From NCBI GenBank assembly GCA_013239625.1, contig MU053881.1, forward strand, positions 5,353,957 to 5,417,956: a stretch of 64,000 nt of DNA, given 5' to 3'. Below, in pieces: positions 13,323 through 27,044 of the stretch; position 1 is the first letter of the stretch, and each line of letters starts with the position of its first letter. The notes under the pieces were generated by a model. The model was not told the DNA's origin. It worked only from the letters and a program-made list of their open reading frames with translations, and did not search any database. The position numbers and the translations under genes were made by a program. The DNA comes from Lama guanicoe (lineage: Eukaryota).

Positions 13323-13654
13323 AATCCTCCCGAGGCTTTTTGGGTACCCTTGGACAAAATTCAAAATGCTCTCTCTGGCCCACCCTCCTAGTGCCTCACT
13401 GTATCTTATGTCACTCTCCTCTTCAACAGCCTCCTCACCACTCCTTGAATGGACTACCACTGGACCTTTGCACATGCCATTCCCTTGGTCCCCCCATCTA
13501 ACCCTGCAATTTGATAAGCTCTGCTTATCTATCAGTTCTCCACTTAAACTTGACCTCTTTAGAGCAGCCAGCAGATTAGAATGGTCCCCATCATCCTACA
13601 CTAGTCACAGATGTGGCTACCTGTTCCCATGCAGCCATGGATATAATTGCAAAT

Positions 13655-13880
13655 ACTCTGTAGGCAGACTGCTTTGGTTCAAATCCTGGTTCTGGCACTC
13701 ACCAGCTGTGAGACCTTGAATGAGTCACTGAATCTCTCTGTGCATCAGTTTCTTTGTCTGCAAAATGGGAACAAAAATAGTGCCTACCCTCTAGGCCCAC
13801 TGTGAGTATTGACTTGTTATATGTAGAGTGTTTAGAAGGGCCTGGCCCAGAGTAAGTTCACTATAATGTTTGTGAAGTAA
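13655..13880 (+). mobile_element. MIR SINE
   Basis: ggttcaaatcctggttctggcactcaccagctgtgagaccttg...cagtttctttgtctgcaaaatggg core. Confidence 0.75.
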
Positions 13881-14734
13881 GAAAATACATAAAAAGACCT
13901 ATGGGACATGAGTGGCAGGTTACATAGTACGTACATTTTTAAATTTAAATAAAGCTGAAAATCTTTTAAAATTACCCCTCAAAAATCAAAGATCTAACAA
14001 TATATGTGTCCCCAGGCCAGGAAGCCAAATTGGTGACCAAAGAACTCAGGGCCAGTTTTACCCTGGGGGTATCTGCCATGTGACCTGTTGAGAGGCTGAA
14101 TTGCCCTTTGGTCAGTTTCGGAGTGCTGGGTGGGCACAGTTTAGAAGTAGAGCCTGACAAAGGTAGGCATCTTTGTAAACCGGCTTTGGGCTGGGACTCG
14201 GACAGGCTGCCTTCTAGGAATAAGGGTGAATCAGAAAGACGTCAGCCCTGAGTGCAATAGATTTGCAATAGATTTGAATCGATTGCAACCTGGCTTTGCA
14301 GTATCAAGTCTGAAACTTAGGCTTAAGGGACCCCCAAAATCCTTTGCGAAGGAAAAGAATGTCATGTCAGGCTTCAAACTATTTTTACAAATACTTTCTC
14401 AAATAAAATGTCCAGGAGAAAAAAAAATCAAAGACATAAGGAAACAAGACAAAATGAACTAGAAACAGCAGAAACAACAGACCACAGAAACAGACCCATA
14501 GAATTCCAGATGTGATTCTCAGACACAAACTGTGAAATACTGTATTTTATCAACTCCGAAGTGCCTTTTATTATTTATAATGAAGAAAATGAAGCCACCA
14601 TTAGGTCACATTAGCCTCTCGCTGCTTTGAAATTTATTTCATCCATGTTGAGAAATTAGGCAGTTTCTCCTGCCTTTGGCTGCACTGATGAATGATGGGC
14701 CACCCTTTGCATGACTCGGGGATCAGATTGTAAA

Positions 14735-15725
14735 ACAGGGCTTCCAACCACAGTGGAATAACAGAGACCAGAACTACCCTCCCATCTACAACAACTAAGA
14801 AACGGGACGAAACATATGAAAAAATGGCAGTTAAGACATTGGACATCAGACAACAAAGGACAGTGACTCCTGAGGGACAAGTAACAGATGAGGGGAGCCC
14901 CAGCCACATCTCAGGCAGCGGAAACCCTGGCTGCCTCCCTGAACTGCAGAGAAGAAGCCGGGAGTTTGAAGAAGCCAAAGCAGCTAGAGTTTGCAGGGCA
15001 AAATACTGGAGAGGAGAAGGAGCTGCAGGGAGAACTCCAGAGATGTACAGAGGGTCCCCTCTGAGGATGCAGTTCAGTGCTTAGGAGCGCATGCACACGA
15101 GGAAACCGCCCAAGACCAGGGAAAGAACCACCTTCAAAGATTAGAAGGAAATGTGCACAGAGCTCAGCCAGGGGTGGAATAGTGCCTCCTCCCAACAGCA
15201 AGAGTAGAAAACCTTACAATGAGGTTTCTGCTCATTTCTAAATGATCACACAGCATCATTTAAATATCTGAGATCATCTTGTGTAACTGTCACCATGAAA
15301 GTGTTGCTCAGAATTGTCATAGATTTTTTCATCTTTGTGCAAAAACATGGAAAATTGTCGCTGACTCTGTGTTGAGGTTTCCCCCATTTTGCTGCCTTTT
15401 GGGACAACTATTTTGGTTAAATACTTGGTTTTGGCTGCATTCTTTTTTTTTTTTCTTCCTGTGAGGTTCAAAAGAATACACATTTTCTTACAGGTAATAG
15501 ATAAATAAATATCTCTCTCTCTCTCTTTGAGGAGAACCTTGCCTCAGTAATGAGGAAAAACTAACCTTAGATTAAAGACAGCTCTGGGATTGCCTGAAAA
15601 ACATAAAGGCAAGATCTGAGAGGATCAAACTATTTCCAAATGACTCAACAGCATGAAACAAAGCTCAAGAACATTTACATGAATATAAAAATATCCAGCA
15701 CCCAACAAGGTACAATTTACCCTAT
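14735..15725 (+). mobile_element. Old L1 5'-region fragment (L1MC/L1MD-like), interrupted at about 15221-15525
   Basis: Recalled L1M 5'-end motifs (aagacattggacatcagacaacaaaggacagtga; gcctcagtaatgagg; atccagcacccaacaaggta). Confidence 0.6.
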
Positions 15726-15961
15726 TCAGAATCCACCATCCCCAGCATCTCAGTGCTAATACCCTGGACTGGGCCAGCATCACCTCTCATCTGGATGGTT
15801 ACAGTAACCTCCTAGTAGGTCTTCCTCATCCCCACTTGCTTCCAGCAGTCAGGATGGGCTGGGTTATGCTGCAAAAAACATCAGCAAAAAGCCCAGTCAC
15901 TTAAGCAAAGATTTTGCTCTACACTCGCATCCCGCGCAGGCCTGGAGAGGACTCTGCTTAT

Positions 15962-16250
15962 CTGCCTTAGTCTGTTCAAAACAGGACAGCTATACCAAAA
16001 TGCCACAGACTGCATGGCTTATAAACAACAGACATTTATTTCTCACAGTTCTGCAGGCTGGGAAAGCCGGGACCCAGGCTGGGGTAAGCAGCCACCATCT
16101 GGAGTCTTGCCAGACACAGAGGAGAGGTGAAATTGCCCATTGGCCCTTCTGCCTGGAAGTGAAACACGTTGCTTCTGTTCGCATTTCAATGGCCAAGCAA
16201 GTCACATAGCCTGCTCTGAATTCTACAGGGTGGGAGGCGGCAATTCGAAA
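15962..16250 (-). mobile_element. MLT1 (ERVL-MaLR) LTR fragment(s)
   Basis: ggcttataaacaacagacatttatttctcacagttctgcaggctgggaa MaLR hallmark. Confidence 0.7.
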
Positions 16251-16261
16251 AATGTGCCCAA

Positions 16262-16396
16262 AGAATATGTGTGTATATGTGTGTGTGTGTGTGTGTTTGT
16301 GTGTATGTTTGTGTGTATGTGTGTCACTATGCTGTACACCAAAAACTAATACATTGTAAATCACCTATACTTCAAGAAAAAATAAATTTAAAAAAT
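16262..16396 (+). mobile_element. Very short L1 3' end containing a (TG)n microsatellite
   Basis: (TG)n at 16268-16325, then gctgtacacc...acattgtaaatcacctatacttcaa plus A tail. Confidence 0.7.
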
Positions 16397-16419
16397 TAGC
16401 AAATATGAGCCCAGGAAAG

Positions 16420-16995
16420 CTAGAATCTATTCTCACCATGGCAGATAGAGTGATCTCCGTAAAATATACATCAGATCACACTGCCCCTCTCTCTCCATTT
16501 CCAGAGCTCCCACACTCCCTACAAGTGCCCCCTTACCTCTATGACCCCATGTGTCCTAACTCTCCTTCCTTTCCTCGCTCCCCTCCAGCCACACTGACTT
16601 TCTGTTCTCAGACGTGACAGCCACACTCCCACCTTTGCACTGGCTGCCCCCTCCTCCTAGGGGGCTCTTCCCCTAGGCTCACTGCCTCGTCTTCAAGTCG
16701 TTACTCAAAGTCACCTACTCAATGACGCCTAGCTATTCCACTCTATTTAAAATTGCCTCCTTTTCCCCCACCCTGACCTCCCAGGCCTCACGAGCCCACG
16801 CTGCTTTTATTTTGTTCGTGACACTTTTAATCTTCTAATGTGCTGTGTAACTTCCTTATTTCTTGTGTTTATTGCTCCTTGTCTGCTAGACTGTGTCACA
16901 GGAAAAAGGATCTTTACCGATTCAGTTCACTGATGTATTCCAAGCACCTCCGTACAGTGCCTAGCACATATTATGGGCTCAATAAATCCTTGTTT
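16420..16995 (+). mobile_element. L2 3' fragment
   Basis: Ends cagtgcctagcacatattatgggctcaataaat, the L2 3' terminus motif. Confidence 0.65.
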
Positions 16996-17021
16996 GTATA
17001 AGCGATAAATACTTGTATACA

Positions 17022-17180
17022 TTCTGTATAGCCTGGGGAACTATGCTCAATATTTTGTAATAACCTTTAATGAAAAAGAACATGGAAATGAATATATGTA
17101 TGTATATGCATGACTGGGACACTGGGCTGTACACCAGAAACTGACACATTGTAACTGACTGTACTTCAATTAAATTTTTT
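17022..17180 (+). mobile_element. Short camelid-type L1 3' end
   Basis: TSD taaatacttgtataca (17006-17021) / taagtatttgtataca (17181-17196). Confidence 0.8.
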
Positions 17181-17718
17181 TAAGTATTTGTATACAAATG
17201 ATAAATAAATACTAATGGATACATCATTGGGCTTCCCGCACTACCTACCCTCTGGGATCATGCTCTGATACACTTTATCTAAGTAGGTAAGGCTAAATCA
17301 TAACCTTCATATCCGTTGAACAAACTTGTAGGATAAGCAAGCACTTCGACTGGTCTGGGAATGTGGCATGGGAAGCACTGGGCATGATGAAACAGTCACT
17401 GTCACTCTCAGGGGTTGGGGCTCGGCCATGCCGGGGTGGGGGGACTGACACTGTGGTGGGTGCTTTGGCAGCCATGACAGGCTGCCACCTTGTGGTCAAA
17501 TAAGGAGATGCACCCAGCCTAACGGGGAAGCTGCTCAAGGGCAGATGACCTCTACCTTTTAACACACTTAGCCTTTGCAAGTTTCTCCAGGCTCTGTGAA
17601 GAAGGTGGGAGTCACTGGCTTGGCCCTGTCAGGGGGCTCTGGAGTATGTGCCCACTGATCTATATAAATATATAAACCCAAACCTTTTTTTTGTGATCAA
17701 CAGGATCTTTCACACACT

Positions 17719-17782
17719 CATCCATTCATCCATCTATCCATCCATCCATCTTTTCATCCAAGTATCCATCCATTCATTCCTT
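17719..17782 (+). repeat. (CCAT/TCAT)n degenerate microsatellite
   Basis: catccattcatccatctatccatccatccatc... Confidence 0.7.
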
Positions 17783-17960
17783 CAACAAACATTTATTGAA
17801 CAGTTATATAAGGGGAAGATGAGGCCCCTGCCCTCCTGTGGGGAAGACAGTCATTCATTCATTCAACAACTATTTGCTAACAGCCTGTACAGGTGTTGGT
17901 GGATAATAACCAATGAGACAGACTGGACTGCCCTCAAGTTGAAGATAAACAAAAGGATAA

Positions 17961-19352
17961 TGTGAGATCCTAGAAGATATATACGCTGGTCTCTGCCAAT
18001 GGTTCCTGGCACAGAGCTCCTAAACCCTCGTAATTTCCTAGGTGATAAGAACACTAGGAGCATCTCTTGTTCTAATAGCTGGCCTTTGACCTTGTCCCTG
18101 ATACAGGGCTCCTAAAACCCTCATACATTCCTAAGTGATTAGAGCACTAAGAGCATCTTTTGTTCTAATGAGGCAGCTCTGAGTGAGGGCAGGTCACCAG
18201 AAAGACCAAGCCATGATTAGAAGCTTAGAGTTTTCAGCCCCGATCCCAATCTTCCAGAGAGGAGAGGGGGACTAGAAATGGAGTTAATAAGTGCCTACCT
18301 AAGGAAGCCTCCATAAAATTCCAACTGTAGAGGGTTCGGTGAGCTTCCAGGTTGGTGAGCACATCGCACCAGGAGGGTAACACAGCCCAACTCCACAGGG
18401 ACAGAAGCTCTTGTGTGCAGGACCCTCCCAGACTCTGCCCTATGTACCCCTTCATCTGGCTGTTCATCTGTACTCTTCTTTTTTTTCCTTCTTGTTTTAC
18501 TGAGATATAACTGACACAGAGCACTGTATATGTTTAAGGTGTACAGCGTAATGATTTGACTTACATACATCACGAAATGATTATCACAATAAATTTAGTG
18601 AACCTCCATCATGTCATACAGATACAGAATTTAAAAAATAGAAAAAAATTTTTTTCCTTGTGATGAAAACTCAGGATGTACTCTCTTAACAATTGTCATA
18701 CATAACATACAGCAGTGTTCATTATATTCATCAGGTTGTACATGACATCTCTAGTACTTATGTGTCTTATAATTGAAAGTTTGTACCTTTTGACCACCTT
18801 CATCCAATTCCCCTTCCCCTCGCCGCCTGCCTCTGTTAACCACAAATCTGATCTCTTTTTCTACGAGTCTGTTTGTTTTTGAAGTACAAAAATTACACTA
18901 CGTTAGTTCCTGCTACACAACATAGTGATTCGACATTTTCATACATTTCAAAATGATCTTTATGATAAGTCTAGTTATGATCTGTCACCATACAAAGATA
19001 TGATGTAAGTATTGACTATATTCTCCCATTTCATCCTCATGACTCATTTATTTTGCAACTGGAAGTTTGTACCTCTTAACCTCCCTCCCCTACTTCTCTC
19101 CTCCCCCCTCATCTGTATTCTTTATCCTTTAATAAACTGGTAAGCATAAAGAAGCTCTCTGAGTTCTGTGAGCCACTCTAGCAAATTAATCAAACCTAAG
19201 AAGGGACTTGTTACCCCCAGGTAGCCTGGGGACCCACTTCCTGCACTTGGCTTCTGGAAGTGGGGTGAGAGCAATCTTGTGGGGCTGAGTCTTGTAGCTC
19301 AGGTAGATAGTGTCGGAATTGAGTTACATTGTAGGACACCCAGCTGGTGTTA
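17961..19352 (+). mobile_element. MER21-like LTR split by an L1 insertion
   Basis: TG start; motifs ggtcaccagaaagaccaagccatgattaga, gagttctgtgagccactctagcaaattaatcaaacc and gtaggacacccagctggtgt; internal ~65-bp tandem duplication at 18013-18170. Confidence 0.75.
18478..19108 (-). mobile_element. L1 3' end nested in the MER21-like LTR
   Basis: 14-bp TSD tcatctgtactctt (18464-18477) / tcatctgtattctt (19109-19122). Confidence 0.88.
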
Positions 19353-20680
19353 ATTATGAGCATCTTGCTGTGCCAGCCAATCAGATGGCAGCCTTGGACT
19401 GGGGGAGGAGGGGAGGGCGTGGCATAGGAGGAGAAGGAATACCTTTCCAAGTCCCCTGCCTTTGTCTTGGAAAGAATCCTGAATCCTTCTCAGAGGCAGT
19501 TGATGGAGAAAGGCAGAAAAGGAACAGGCCTCAGCTTCCTGGGCCTGGCTGTCCATCCTGGGAACTTGGGATTTGGAAGAAGCGCAGGCTGCCATCCCAG
19601 CAGGCACCAAAGATCACAAAAAGACCAGAACCTAATTCAGGTTGATGGACTCAATGCTCCTCTAATGTGTAGCCCTCCTCCCAAATAAACCTGCCATATG
19701 GAATTCCGCTGTCTGCTGGCTCCAGCATTGATTTTCTATGGTCTACAGCTCTCAGGCTTGAAAAATGCACTTCTAAAACAGGAATTTAGAAGGATAAAGT
19801 TAGCTGAAGCAGCAGATTTATCTTCTTCTCCACCCCGTCTGCTCCATACAGCAATCAGAGAGAATGCCCGTGTGGACACGGTGGAGCTTGGCGTGAAGAG
19901 GTCTCTGGGGGATGGGTAGGGACAAAAGCAAGCCCAGCCTAGAGGTGTGATTGACACTGGTAAATTTAAAGTTAAGGAGATGGAGATGGGTTAGTTCATC
20001 CTACAAGCATGTCCTGTGCCAGATGCTGGGGGTTTGAGACAAATAAGACCCATTTCAGCTCTTGGGAGCTCAGAGGCTGGCAAAGTAATCAGGTCTATAA
20101 GTAGGTAATTACAGCCGGTATGATGGTTACAACAAGGCACAGTGATAGCCAGGGGAGGAAGTGATTACATATCTGGGAGGCAGGGTTTCCTTGAGGAAGT
20201 AACATCCAAGCTGGGTTTTGGGGGCTGAATGAGAGGTCACCAGCAGACAAGGCAGGGAAATGGTAGGTCCTGCCAAAGCACGTTGGTAGGGCAAAAAACA
20301 GAATATGTTTTTTTCTGGAGGTGACAAGTCACTTCTATTGCTGGGACATGGGGAAAATGGAGACAATTGGTGATAGATGAGGCAGGACACCCAATCAGGG
20401 GCTAAAAAGAGGGTCAGGACTAGGAAGAGTGGATGTAGATCAAGGCAGAGTCAGGATTAAAATTAGGGTTGGGATTTTGGTGCAGGTTAAAAGGAGGTGT
20501 TTAGGGATATCAGACTGGTTAGTAGCAAAATAACAAAAATAGAAGTGTTTCACCTGTATTATCTCATTTAGAGCTCAGAACAAGCCTACGAGGTCAGCAG
20601 CTATTCTTATCCCATCTTACAGATGCAAAGATGGAGACGCAGAGAGGCCCAGTGACTTGCCTGAGGTCACATACGTGGCA

Positions 20681-20906
20681 GGTGGTGGTTGCCAGGGGCT
20701 CGAGGCAGGGGAATGGGGAGTTGGTGTTGAATGCGTACAGAATTTTAGGTTGGGAAGGTGAAAAAAGTCCTGGAGATGGATAGTGGTGACAGTTGCATAA
20801 CAATGTGAATGTACTTAATGCCACAGAACTGTGTACTTAGAAAGGGTTAAAAAGGTAAATTTCATGTCTTGTGTATTTCACTACAATTTTTAAAAAAGGA
20901 AAAGAA
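20681..20906 (+). mobile_element. L1MB-like 3' end
   Basis: gtggttgccaggggct...gagatggatagtggtgacagttgcataacaatgtgaatgtacttaatgccac motif. Confidence 0.8.
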
Positions 20907-21282
20907 AGACAATGGAGGGGCTTGGAAAGACAGAAGTATTGCTTCTCTGCTACAAGCAGGTTGGGAGGTGGGGGGTTTGTCCTCCCGGCCGGGCGTGCCA
21001 CAGCGGAAGAGGTGAACGCACTCAGGCGGCCTGACAAATGGCTCTGCTGCTCAGGGCGCGACTGGGGGCAGGTCCCATCGCCTTTCTGGGAAAACCAAGG
21101 AAGCTGGCTGATTCACAGATTTCCTCTAGCGTCTGCCCTCTGCGGTTCTGCCTTATTAGGAGGGCTTGGCTCAGGCAGAGGATGAAGCAAAAGGCACAGA
21201 AAAGCCAGGCCTTCAACATGCTGGACATTTCCACACCCTCTGACTCGCAATTGTGCTTCAGAAGAAGGTGCCTTACCGCAGC

Positions 21283-21715
21283 TGTATCAGTGAGGGTCCT
21301 GGCATGAAACAAATGCCACCCACACGCTGAGTTACGGAGGGAGGTTTATTAAACACTCCATTTACAAAGGTGGGGGCAGGGCTTGGGGAAAAGGTGCAGG
21401 ATTACCACTACCCTTTGAGGGGAAAATGTTTCAGGGAACCCTGAGAGAGCCGATATGGGAAGGTGCCTTTGGTAAGCACAACCCAGCAGGAAGGGAGCTT
21501 AGGAAGTGAATATCCAGGCCTCTCTCTCCTCCTTCCCTCAATCTCCTGACAAGGCCTTCCATTGGCCAAGCCCAACATGAAGGCTGAGGACAGGAAACCC
21601 ACCAGTGAAATCCATACCAGCCAGCCTCTGGAGCCGGAACAGGGTGGTGAAATCTGGCAATAAAGTCAGAGGGGCAAGTTGTGAGGTGGATCCAAAGTGA
21701 ATCCGCAGCACCTCC
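21283..21715. mobile_element. LTR33-like (ERVL) LTR
   Basis: tgtatcagtgagggtcc...tttacaaaggtgggggcaggg...ccttccattggccaagcccaac, matching the recalled consensus. Confidence 0.55.
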
Positions 21716-22469
21716 ACAGCCTCAGACTTTCTAGTGGTCTGGCCAGGGCAGCTGAAAAGCATCCTCATTGAATGACACCCACCGTCTTTCAAAGGCTGAC
21801 CTTGGACCTAGGGTGGGAATGAGCCCCGGGCTCTTTCAGGCCTGGAGGGGAGCTGTGTGGTTTGTTGGAAAGAGCCCTGCTTACTCATATGAGAACATTG
21901 ACCAGAGGCCTAAAGCTCCTCTCCATGCATTATGTGTACCTTCAGTCAGACATTTGTTCAGCCAACATCTCCTGAAAATCAGCAGTGCACCAGGGCTAGG
22001 AGGCACCGGATGAAGTATGTGGAGCTGCCCCAGCCACCCTGGGCATTAACTTGCAATATATGCCTAGACCGGACAGTGATGGGGTCCCTCCCCAGATCTG
22101 CACTCTCAGTCATCTCCTCCATAACATGGGTCAACCACCCTTCCCTCCACGGTCATCCTGAGAATGCAAAGAGAAAATTTCCCAAAACGCAGGGGCACTG
22201 TGCCTGGCATGAAGTAATCACTCCGCATTTAGGACTCAGTGGCCTTGTTAACAAGCATCGGCCGCCCCTCACTCATTCACCACCCTCCCACCCTGTTTTG
22301 CTGCAATTGTAATTATAGCATACTTGCATTTGCTGGGGAATTTTCCTCCCTCACTCCCCATCTTTCAGACTGTGAACCTAGGAAAAGCTGCTGACCTCTT
22401 GCTTCTTCCTCCCTGAATCTCCATGGCTTGGAGATGAGCTTACATCTGCCCACATTTGTAATGCCAACG

Positions 22470-23420
<951 letters not shown>

Positions 23421-24337
23421 CCCTGCCACAGGTAGCCCCACCAGGGATCGCCAAGTTGGCCCCGTCCCTTTGGAGCCAGCCTGAGCCACAGAGATCTTTG
23501 AGAATGCATCCATTGAGTGCCTGCATCCTGAAAAGGTTTAAAAAAAAAAACCCAAACAAACAACAAAAAACCAGTCCCTGCCCCTTCTCTCCAAAAACTT
23601 CTGCTTAAAAATGCATGAAAGTTTTCTCCTGGTATCTCCCTGGCAAAATGAGAGCGAGCTCTTGTCTAGAGCTGGTGAGGACGAAAATGGGCTGGTAGCA
23701 TCGTTTTTCAGATGGGAAGGCTGAGGCTCCAGGAGGCTTCAGGTTCTGGAACAAGACTGAGCTGCAGTCGGTCTCCCCTGCCTCTGGAAGGTGTGTGCCT
23801 GGGGCAGATGGTGACCCCCCACCACTCCCTCCGCCAGATGGGAAGTGGATTCCACAGCAGCCTAGGAGGTGAATCTGTGGATTCAAGGGGCCCCGGGACC
23901 ACCTCGGAGATTCTGAGTGGAGAGAGAATGGGTCTGTGGGGTGCTGGGCCCAGGTGAGGCCTTGGGGAGGCCTCTACCAGAGGGAAGGGGGCTCTGGTGT
24001 CTCTGGTGGTGAGAAGGGGGCAGTGGCAGCGCCTAGCTGTAGAGAAGTTAACCAGGAAGGAAAAAAGAGCAAGAGGGAGGGAAAAAAATCCTAACAAAGA
24101 AGTATGTTAGAACAATAAAGAGCAAGGGGCGTTGGCTGGCGAAATTCAGCTTCTTGACCTCCCTGCAAGTCATCTTTGGATCTCTTTTCTTTAGAGGCTC
24201 TTTCTTATGAAGCAGATCCACATGTCCTCCACGAATAGTCTATAAAATTCTGAAAGGAGATAGCCAGGAACCCACTCTGCTCTCCCTACGAGAAAGGGTG
24301 TGCTGTGTGAGCCTGTATTGTTATTGGCTGGGCAGCC

Positions 24338-24497
24338 NNNNNNNNNNNNNNNNNNNNNNNNNNNNNNNNNNNNNNNNNNNNNNNNNNNNNNNNNNNNNNN
24401 NNNNNNNNNNNNNNNNNNNNNNNNNNNNNNNNNNNNNNNNNNNNNNNNNNNNNNNNNNNNNNNNNNNNNNNNNNNNNNNNNNNNNNNNNNNNNNNNN
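24338..24497. other. Assembly gap (160 N)
   Basis: N run in intron 1. Confidence 0.99.
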
Positions 24498-25762
24498 CCA
24501 AATCTTGGTTTCTTGTTTGAGCCTGTTGAGTGTGTAACTGAGTTGCCTCTTTGGTATGAAGGCAGTTTTTACCAACATGGCAATAGAAGGAAGTCCGAAC
24601 TTCTGCAAGCTGCCTCCCGCTAGATCTGTGAGCTGGCAACACCAGGGCACGTACAGCCACCAAGAACTGGGCGTCATCATCTACTCACTCTCTCCTGTCC
24701 TCTCCCGTCACACGGCTGTCAGGCACAGGTTCTTAAGCCCATTTGACAGATGAGAAAACTAAGGCCCAAAAAGGTGAGTCCTGTGCTTCAGGTCATAGTC
24801 AAGGCCAAAGCAGGGAAGTAAATCCAAGTCTGTGGGACCCCCCCAAAAGTGTTATTCCACCATACCACACCACTTTGCAGATTTCATAACCCATAGTTTA
24901 CCTAAGCCAACTTCCCTTAAAAGCTGGGGAGTCTGCCATCATTTGTGACCACGCTGAGGCTTTTCAGTCTTTGCTTAGTCAGATCCCTCCCTGCCAGTTT
25001 TTGGAGATTCTGCAGCTTTGAGGAGCATCTTTCTAAACCTTCAACCACTTTTTAGGGGCTCCTTCAGACAAGTCTCTAAAGATTAACATGGATGTGGGCT
25101 CAAATCTTGGCATCACAGCTTGTTAGCTGTGTGGCCTCTCTGAGCCTTGATTTCCTCATCTGTAAAATGGGGGTGATGGTGCCCACTTCCTAGGGGCAGG
25201 GACCACGTGCCTGACAGGGTTGACATTCCATAACCGTTAGATGCCTACCTCCCTGCCCTGTGGTGTCCATGTCCCTCTGGGAACATGCTGAAGTCACATG
25301 AGGAGGGATCTCACCAAGAACTTGTTTTTCTGCATGTGAGTTTAGTCACTCTCGTGATTCAAGAGGGCCCCCTCCCTTCTAGCCAGATGAAGAGGGGCAG
25401 TAGTTTGAAATGAAGCCTGAGTCATCCACAGAAACAGAAAATTCAGTGCTGTGACAGTCGGAGGTCTGAGCCCACCAGAAACTGCCAGTGACCCCTCCAC
25501 TCCTGTTCTCCAGCCAGACCTGCTCCTGCCACTCTGGAATGGGTGGACCTAGAGGTGGCTGTTGGCATGGGCTTGGACTTTGATCCCATTTGGTATCCTC
25601 CTTTCTGAAGTGGACCCAGCCACCCTGGAGAGATAGCATGAGCAGGGGAATTGGACAGTCCTGGGCTCTGCTGCTTCCTGCTGTGTTACCTTGAGCTGGT
25701 CGATTTACCTCTCTGAGCTCCACTTTCTATAATCTGCAGATTGTAAATACTTCCCTCTGTGG

Positions 25763-25950
25763 CAGAATCTCTCAACCTTAACATTGATGTTTTGAGCCAG
25801 ATCGTTCCTCGTTTAGAGGGCTGTCGTGTGCATTGTGACATTCAGCAGCATCTGGTTCCTGCCCACTTGATGCCAGTAGCATCTTCCTCCCCAATTTTGA
25901 CAACCAGAAATGTCTCCACACATGTCCCCCAGGAGGACAAAATCACAGAA
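25763..25950. mobile_element. MER20 (hAT-Charlie)
   Basis: tctcaacctt...gggctgtcgtgtgcattgt...cccacttgatgccagtagca...gacaaccagaaatgtctcc. Confidence 0.75.
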
Positions 25951-27044
25951 ACCCTTGTGCCTAACCCCCTGCCCCAACCACTGCACAAGAATATACAAGT
26001 CAGTTATAAAAAGTTCCCCACCACCTGCTTCCCCTTTATAGCTACCTTGCCTCCACCTGCTTATCACTCAGTTGCCTGGAAGGGAACAGGTCCTAGGTGC
26101 TGTGAATCTCATTGGAGAACTGCACCTGGAGCTCAGGGCTGGCCACTTGTTCCCCCTGAAATGGCATCTTCCCCATGCCTGGCCCCAGCCTCCTTCACTT
26201 GTGGGCAGAGACACTGGGGGTGCCCAGGGGCAGAGCCACAGACCAGGTCTGGAGAAGGCAGAGGCAGGAGCTCCCAGGGCCTCTGAGATCCCCACGGGTG
26301 GGTGGGGACTACTGTTGATCATAAAAGGAACAAAATTATTATTTGGAGGGAGTTGCCCAGAGCCACTGCCCTCTGTCTGTTGGCCTTTCCCTGCCAGCAT
26401 CTTTGCTGCCCTGGAGCTAGGGCTTTCTGAATGAATGGAAAGTGAGCTTTCAGGTGTGACACTCTGGGAGACCCTCCCCAGCTAGGTTATTTTCCAGCTG
26501 GAGAGGAGGAGGAAGTGCTCCCTGTAGCTTTTGTGGGTTTTATTTGGATCCCTGCGTTTCTGGCACTGGAGAGGGATGTACAGAAGCCTTGGGGTCAGAA
26601 GAGAATCCCCATCAGCAGGGGCCAGGAGATACAGCTCACTCTGCCTTAATGTTAAGAAGAGCAAGATGCTAGGAGTAGTTACAGCAGCAGTAATCATAAC
26701 AGCTGAATTGTAACCCATCGTCATGGGCCAGGCACCGGACTAAGCTCGCTGTGTATTTAGTCATCACAACAGCCTTTGTAAATAGCTACTTTCCATTAAA
26801 TGAATACATGATTTCAAATACGCAGATACATAGAGTAAGAAATACCTGCTAGCCATCAGATCTTTTACATTTTGCCCTATTCGTTCCAAATCGTTTTTTT
26901 TTTAAGAAATAAAATATTGTAGATGCAAAGCCCCCTATGTGCCCACCCCAGGAACGCCTCCCCCCAAAGAAACCCAGTGTCCTACATTTGGTGCTTTTCA
27001 TTCCCAAGCACTTTGAAAGCAGACCTGTATATAGATAATGACTT

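Noticed and set aside
14254-14287. gcaatagattt x2 short tandem duplication
   Set aside because: Only two units; ordinary slippage duplication with no further support.
18013-18170. ~65-bp direct repeat pair considered as an array
   Set aside because: Internal duplication within the MER21-like LTR; only two diverged units.
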